Both the position numbers and the translations under genes were made by a program. 23,795 nt of DNA, from positions 1 to 23,795 of the forward strand of contig JBNKTL010000060.1 in the NCBI GenBank assembly GCA_050298055.1, written 5' to 3'. Under the pieces are notes generated by a model, which was given only the letters and a program-made list of their open reading frames with translations, was not told the origin of the DNA and did no database searches. This DNA comes from Spirochaetota bacterium (GTDB lineage: Bacteria > Spirochaetota > UBA4802 > UBA5550). Within the stretch, counting starts at the first letter, position 1; each line of letters starts with the position of its first letter. This document shows positions 18,653 to 23,795 of this stretch, piece by piece.

Positions 18653-18995
18653 CAAGCAGCATGAAGGACTTTCCCTGAAACTGCGCGGAAATCAGCATTG
18701 TTGAAAAAATAAATCCGGCCCATACCGCCAGTGAAATTCTCATTCCCTCCAACAGTGTAAATCCTCCTGAGAGGGAGATGATATAGCTGATTGTCAGTGC
18801 TATAAGCAAATGACCGATAAAGGACAGACCGTAAGCTCTGAGGGGATTAAAATCACTCCTGAGCTCTTCTTCGCTCAGACCCATCTCCTTCATCCAGACT
18901 TTCCCCAGAAGCGGCCCGTACCACAGTGCACCAGCGGGCATTGCAATAATTCCACAGAGAAGAACCGCAGCATAATTAATATAAACTGAATTCAT
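18585..18995 (-). CDS. DUF1761 family small membrane protein
   Basis: INYAAVLL..GALWYGPLLGKVWM signature, four hydrophobic helices, GAGGTGAG RBS. Confidence 0.88.
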   Translation of the reverse strand: MNSVYINYAAVLLCGIIAMPAGALWYGPLLGKVWMKEMGLSEEELRSDFNPLRAYGLSFIGHLLIALTISYIISLSGGFTLLEGMRISLAVWAGFIFSTMLISAQFQGKSFMLLVIDSLYYLVNCTVFGIILVLWR

Positions 18996-19678
18996 AGTTA
19001 CTCACCTCACATCAAATTATCTCTTTTATACTCTCCGATATCATTTTTTCAAATCGTTACTTTTGTCTCGATGATACCCACTAATAGTTTAGAAAACATA
19101 TTAATTCATTTGATTCAGGATTTCCCTATTATCCCATAGAAAAAGTTTCACCTGTTTCGAAATCTCATCATCTCTTCTTGATATCGGCGAAATCCAGCTC
19201 TTTCAGCTTGCTCATACCCAATGGTTCGGGGAGGAGGGTGATAATAGTGGTAGAGTAGAGCCAGACGCTTCCCACGGCACATTATTTAAGGTAAAACAAC
19301 AGCGCCAAACCCACAAGGGAGAAGAGCAGGGAACCTGGTATGACCCCGGTACTATAGTTAATTTTTTTGTCATTATCCACTTTTGTCCCGTACCCCCTGT
19401 CCCAGAAACAGGCCGTGGGGGGAAAATTATTTTCTCATTTACTATAGGGCATAACGCAGAAAAATGCAATTATCATTTCCACTGAACCTGCGGGGCAGCA
19501 TCCGGGGGGATCCTGCCGGAAATATGTAATCGGGGAAATTTTTAAATCTGATTTTTTTAGCTGGGCCGGATGGTTATTTTTTTCTTTTAATAATTCGTTT
19601 TTTAACTATACTTGTAAGTAATATCTTTTCACACTGGCTTGCCGGGAATAAGTTTATTCCCGGTTCATAATCCTGGAG

Positions 19679-22600
19679 ATGATGATGAAGTTTATCGGAT
19701 CAAAAACCATGAGAATACTTTTCCTCTTATTTCTCTTCCCCGGGGCCCTCTCCGCCGCTTCCCCTGTTACCATTGAGAAGGGGAAGGAGATATACCCCCT
19801 GGCTCCTCATGTCTCCATTCTTGAAGATAAAACAGGTTTACTCTCAGTCACAGAAGCGGTCAGGAGACAGGCTGAATTCCGGGACAATACGAAGAAAGAG
19901 ATCGGTTTCGGGTTTTCACAGTCAGCCTACTGGACTCACTTCACACTGCAATCTGAAAGTCGAAAAAGCACTACATGGTTTCTGGAACTGGCAAATGCCC
20001 GTATGCAGAAAATCGATCTCTATATTTTTCAAAACAAGAAACTGCTTACTCATAAAAAGAGCGGAATAGATCTCCCCTTTCACCGGCGTGACATCGATTA
20101 CCGCTTTTTCATCTTTACCCTTCATCTAAAAGCACCGGGAGAGCTCTCCGTTTTTATCCGGACAGAGACAAGAACATCCCATTTCCTCCCCCTTACCCTT
20201 TATTCCTCTGAAGCCCTGGCGGAAAAAAGGCAGACTGATTATGCTTACAGCGGGTTATTTTACGGCTGTATTTTAATTATGTTTATCTATAACCTCTTTT
20301 TATTCTTTTCCATCCGTTCAAGCGATTATCTCTTTTACGTCTGCACTGTTTTATTTTCGTTACTTTACACCTTATCTTTTGAGGGTTTCGGCTATCAATT
20401 CCTCTGGTCTCATTCACCGAACTGGAATCTGCCAAGCCCGTTAATTGCGGGACAAATAACTATAGTGTTTTTCATTATTTTTTCAACGGGACTTCTGAGA
20501 ACTGCAGACTATTTACCCCGTTTGCATCGTTTTTTAAAGGGCGCAAATTATGTATTGATAGTCACTCTCTTTGGTCATTTTTTTATCGATTACTATATCA
20601 TGAATTATATTTTTACGATTTTCCTTTCAATCATTATTTTTAGTTTTGTTCCCATAAGTTTCTTCATTGTAAAAATGGGGAATAGATCGGCCAGGTTTTT
20701 TATCTTTACATTTCTCTGTCTGCTCCTGGCATCCACTCTCCATGTTATCAATCTCATGGGCATGTTGGAAGAATCTTTTCCAACGATAAATATTGTTCGT
20801 ATCAGTTTATTAATTTTGCTCACTTTTTTTTCACTGGCCCTTGCCGATTATATCAACCTGATGCGCGAGCAGTTGATGGAGCAGAACATCAGGCTGCAGA
20901 AGCTTGATGAGCTGAAAGACGAGTTCCTTGCCGGCACTTCCCATGAACTGCGCACCCCCTTAAACGGCATCATCGGACTTGCGGAATCGATGATCCAGGG
21001 TATCGGGGCTCCCCACAGGGAACAGACCCTCTCCAATCTCCGGATGATCTCCTCCAGCGGCAGGCGACTTGCCCGCCTGGTAAACGACATCCTTGACTTT
21101 TCCCGGCTGAGGCACCGGGATATTATTTTACAGAAAAAAGCTGTTGATCTGAACCCCATGGTGGACATGGTCTTCCGGTTTTCCCGTTCCATGATGGGAG
21201 ATAAGGAGATTAAACTATTAAATGAGTGCGGCTCTCTTCCCCTTCTCCTGGGGGACGAAAACCGGCTGGAGCAGATCCTCTATAACCTCATCGGCAATGC
21301 CGTTAAATTCACCGATGAGGGGTCTGTCACGGTATTGGCAAAAGCCGCAGGGGGGATGGCCGAAATCTCCGTCTGCGATACGGGAATCGGCATCCCGGAG
21401 GAGAAGCGGGATATTATCTTTGAATCCTTTCAGCAGGGGGACGGTTCCATCTCCCGAAAATACGGAGGCACCGGCCTGGGGCTTTCCATTACAAAAAATC
21501 TTGTTGAGCTTCACGGGGGGACAATCCGGGTTGAATCCTCTCCTTCGGCTTCGCTCGGGATAAACCCTTCAGTTCAGCTCAACACAGGTGACTCTAATAA
21601 ACAGAGGGGTGGCCCCCCAGCAGAGCCAAGGGGTTCATGTTTTATCTTTACCATTCCCCTGGCTGATGAAAAAGATCTGGCAGAGGCGAAGGATGACGGC
21701 AGAGAAAAGGTTCACCGTTTCCTGAGTCCTGACCCTGTGCTCATGGAAACCCCGCCCGGAGAGGAGACTCAAAGGGATGCCGCTCCGGGAACCGAAATGA
21801 AAAAATTCACCGATACCGGCGGTTTACCGGAGCACACCGGCAGATGTACAATACTGGCTGTGGATGATGATATTATTAACCTGCAGGTTATCGAGAACCA
21901 TCTCTCACTGAAGGGATACCGGGTGATCACCGCCCGGAACGGGACCCGGGCGCTGGAAATACTTGAAGGGGGGGAAAAAACAGACCTGGTTTTGCTTGAC
22001 CTCATGATGCCGGGATTGAACGGGTATGAAGTCTGCAGGATCATACGGGAGAAGTACAATCCCAACGAGCTCCCCGTCATTATCCTTACCGCCAAGAATA
22101 ATATCTCCGACCTCGCCGACGGCCTTGCCTTCGGGGCAAACGATTTTATCCCCAAGCCCTTCTCCTTCCCCGAGTTGACCTCCAGGGTGGAAAACCAGGT
22201 GAAGATGTCACGATTTTTTCTGAATATAAAAGACCTCAACGAAAACCTTGAGCGGAAGATCGAGGAGCGGACGGCGGAGCTGAAGGAAACAATGGTGGAG
22301 CTCCGCTCCGCCAATACCGCCAAGAACAGGTTCCTCTCCATCATATCCCACGACCTGAGGGGCCCCATCGGAAACCTTGCCAAGGTCTTTAACAGCGTGG
22401 CCGGGAAGGGGTCGGACATATCGGACACCCTATTCCAGCAGCTGCGGGAGACAACCATAAGTGTTTCCCACATGCTGGAGGACCTCCTCATCTGGGCGGC
22501 CCTGCAGAGGGAGAAGCTTGAGATTCATCCGGAAAACTTTGATATCTGCAGAGGGGCTAACCTTGCCGCCGATCCCATGAGGCTCCTTGCCCGGAGCAGG

Positions 22601-23002
22601 AAGATTACCCTGAACCTCCCTGATGAAAATGAATCAATAAAAATCCTGGCGGAATCCCGGTCGGTGATAACCGTTTTAAGAAATCTTATTTCAAACGCCA
22701 TTAAATATACCTCCGCCGGCGGAAGCATAAGCGTTGAAGTAAAACGGGAGAATGATACGGTTAAGGTCAGCGTGACTGATACGGGGAGGGGGATTACAGA
22801 GGAGAAATTGAAGGAGCTCCTCAATCCTGAAAGAGCCGATTCGGTAAAGATCGACAGTGAAAAGGAACAGGTTTCCGGATTCGGCCTTATGCTCTGCAGG
22901 TACTTCATCGAAGCCAACGGCGGGGAGATAGGGGCAGAGAGCGTTATCAACAGGGGAAGCACCTTCTGGTTCCGGTTGCCGGCAGGGGAGGGGACGGGTT
23001 GA
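19679..23002 (+). CDS. 7TM-DISM hybrid sensor kinase: DISMED2 - 7TM - HisKA/HATPase - receiver - second HisKA/HATPase
   Basis: Signal peptide; FGFSQSAYW; GLFYG..YNLFLF; SHELRTPLNG, NAVKF, DTGIGI, GGTGLGL; receiver VDDD, DLMMP, KPF; second SHDLRGP, NAIKY, DTGRGI, SGFGL. Start may be ATG 19685 by RBS spacing. Confidence 0.94.
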   Translation: MMMKFIGSKTMRILFLLFLFPGALSAASPVTIEKGKEIYPLAPHVSILEDKTGLLSVTEAVRRQAEFRDNTKKEIGFGFSQSAYWTHFTLQSESRKSTTWFLELANARMQKIDLYIFQNKKLLTHKKSGIDLPFHRRDIDYRFFIFTLHLKAPGELSVFIRTETRTSHFLPLTLYSSEALAEKRQTDYAYSGLFYGCILIMFIYNLFLFFSIRSSDYLFYVCTVLFSLLYTLSFEGFGYQFLWSHSPNWNLPSPLIAGQITIVFFIIFSTGLLRTADYLPRLHRFLKGANYVLIVTLFGHFFIDYYIMNYIFTIFLSIIIFSFVPISFFIVKMGNRSARFFIFTFLCLLLASTLHVINLMGMLEESFPTINIVRISLLILLTFFSLALADYINLMREQLMEQNIRLQKLDELKDEFLAGTSHELRTPLNGIIGLAESMIQGIGAPHREQTLSNLRMISSSGRRLARLVNDILDFSRLRHRDIILQKKAVDLNPMVDMVFRFSRSMMGDKEIKLLNECGSLPLLLGDENRLEQILYNLIGNAVKFTDEGSVTVLAKAAGGMAEISVCDTGIGIPEEKRDIIFESFQQGDGSISRKYGGTGLGLSITKNLVELHGGTIRVESSPSASLGINPSVQLNTGDSNKQRGGPPAEPRGSCFIFTIPLADEKDLAEAKDDGREKVHRFLSPDPVLMETPPGEETQRDAAPGTEMKKFTDTGGLPEHTGRCTILAVDDDIINLQVIENHLSLKGYRVITARNGTRALEILEGGEKTDLVLLDLMMPGLNGYEVCRIIREKYNPNELPVIILTAKNNISDLADGLAFGANDFIPKPFSFPELTSRVENQVKMSRFFLNIKDLNENLERKIEERTAELKETMVELRSANTAKNRFLSIISHDLRGPIGNLAKVFNSVAGKGSDISDTLFQQLRETTISVSHMLEDLLIWAALQREKLEIHPENFDICRGANLAADPMRLLARSRKITLNLPDENESIKILAESRSVITVLRNLISNAIKYTSAGGSISVEVKRENDTVKVSVTDTGRGITEEKLKELLNPERADSVKIDSEKEQVSGFGLMLCRYFIEANGGEIGAESVINRGSTFWFRLPAGEGTG

Positions 23003-23011
23003 GAATCCGGA

Positions 23012-23158
23012 CCCCCCCCACCCCCCCCAAAAGGGGGGCTTTAAAATGTTTGTTAAAAATAAAATGGATATTTATCATTACTGAAATAACCTTTAAAAAG
23101 TCCCCCTTTGGGGGATTTAGGGGGCTGGCGGAGTTAGAGGGCTTTCCCCCAAAGGGGG
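23012..23158. repeat. C/G-tract palindromic intergenic repeat (REP/MITE-like)
   Basis: Three CCCCC-(A/T)3-4-GGGGG units; 23012-23046 and 23092-23124 are imperfect inverted copies. Confidence 0.7.
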
Positions 23159-23193
23159 TTGTTAAATGAAGAGGAACCAGACTGGAGATAAAA

Positions 23194-23795
23194 ATGAAGT
23201 TAATTCAATCAAAAACCATGAGAATACTTTTCCTCATATTTCTCTTCCCCGGGGCCCTCTCCGCATCTTCCCCTGTTACCCTTGAGAAGGGTAGGGAGAT
23301 ATACCCGCTGGGGCTCCACGCGGAGTACCTGGAAGATCAAACGGGAAAACTCACCTTTGAGGAGGTCATCTCCCCGGCAAATGATGGGAAATGGAAAACA
23401 AGTAAAAAGGAGAACCTCAGCTTCGGCTATACCACTTACGCCTACTGGGTGCGGCTGCAGCTTGACCATGCATTTCAGGCCACTGAAAAGTGGGTCCTTG
23501 AAGTGGGTTACTGCAATCTTGACCTGATCGATTTTTACGTATCCCTCCCCGGCGGGAGATGGAAACATACCCGGTCCGGCGACATGTTCCCCTATAAACA
23601 GAGGGAGTTCCGTTACCTGGACTTTCATTTCTCCCTCCCCGGTCCCTACTCCGGTACGCAGCAGGTATATCTCCGGGTGGAGAGTACCAGCAGCATTGTT
23701 ATCCCCCTTACCCTCTACAGCCAGAAGGCCCTGGGAGAGAAGGAGGAGAACGGAGGCATCCTGCTGGGGCTCTTCTACGGCATCATGATCGTTAT
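23194..23795 (+). CDS. Second 7TM-DISM sensor protein, runs off window (absent from ORF track)
   Basis: GGAG RBS then MKLIQSKTMRILFLIFLFPGALSA..YLEDQTG..SFGYTTYAYWVRL..LRVESTSS..LLGLFYGIMIV; frame open to window end. Confidence 0.92.
   Translation, partial: MKLIQSKTMRILFLIFLFPGALSASSPVTLEKGREIYPLGLHAEYLEDQTGKLTFEEVISPANDGKWKTSKKENLSFGYTTYAYWVRLQLDHAFQATEKWVLEVGYCNLDLIDFYVSLPGGRWKHTRSGDMFPYKQREFRYLDFHFSLPGPYSGTQQVYLRVESTSSIVIPLTLYSQKALGEKEENGGILLGLFYGIMIV

Noticed and set aside
18781..18790. ATATAGCTGA partial match to the intergenic motif
   Set aside because: Only 10 nt, inside DUF1761 coding sequence, lacks the GTnGTnAC half
20250..20850. T-rich, low-GC stretch inside the kinase gene
   Set aside because: Largely explained by Phe/Ile/Leu codons of the 7TM region
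21769..22491. 240-aa minus-strand ORF
   Set aside because: Antisense shadow of the kinase/receiver coding region; Ser/Arg-rich with no domain signal

Overview
Bacterial chromosomal window, mostly + strand. Gene content (short PriA, 7TM-DISM sensors, SplB-like radical SAM, many GGDEF proteins) suggests a Spirochaetota/Leptospira-like diderm; this is inference only. Left half: priA (5'-truncated), a GGDEF protein with a ~80-aa insertion, a STAS anti-sigma antagonist, and a PBP1A - M23 peptidase - CNNM/HlyC x2 operon. An AT-rich block follows with two ~82% identical beta-barrel-like outer-membrane genes bracketed by a 21-bp inverted repeat. Right half: a cNMP-GGDEF-cNMP-GGDEF protein with a site-2 protease homologue lacking HExxH, a HIT hydrolase, an SplB-like enzyme, a HAMP-GGDEF protein, a frameshifted unknown gene with an A_AAA_AAG site, DUF1761, gene remnants, a 7TM-DISM double histidine kinase and the start of a second 7TM-DISM paralogue. 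No rRNA, tRNA, CRISPR array or transposase was seen. Best leads: the recurring intergenic motif ATAGCTGAGTnGTnAC around the OMP pair, the winged-helix-like insert in a GGDEF domain, the tandem cNMP-GGDEF plus pseudo-protease pair, and the candidate -1 frameshift.
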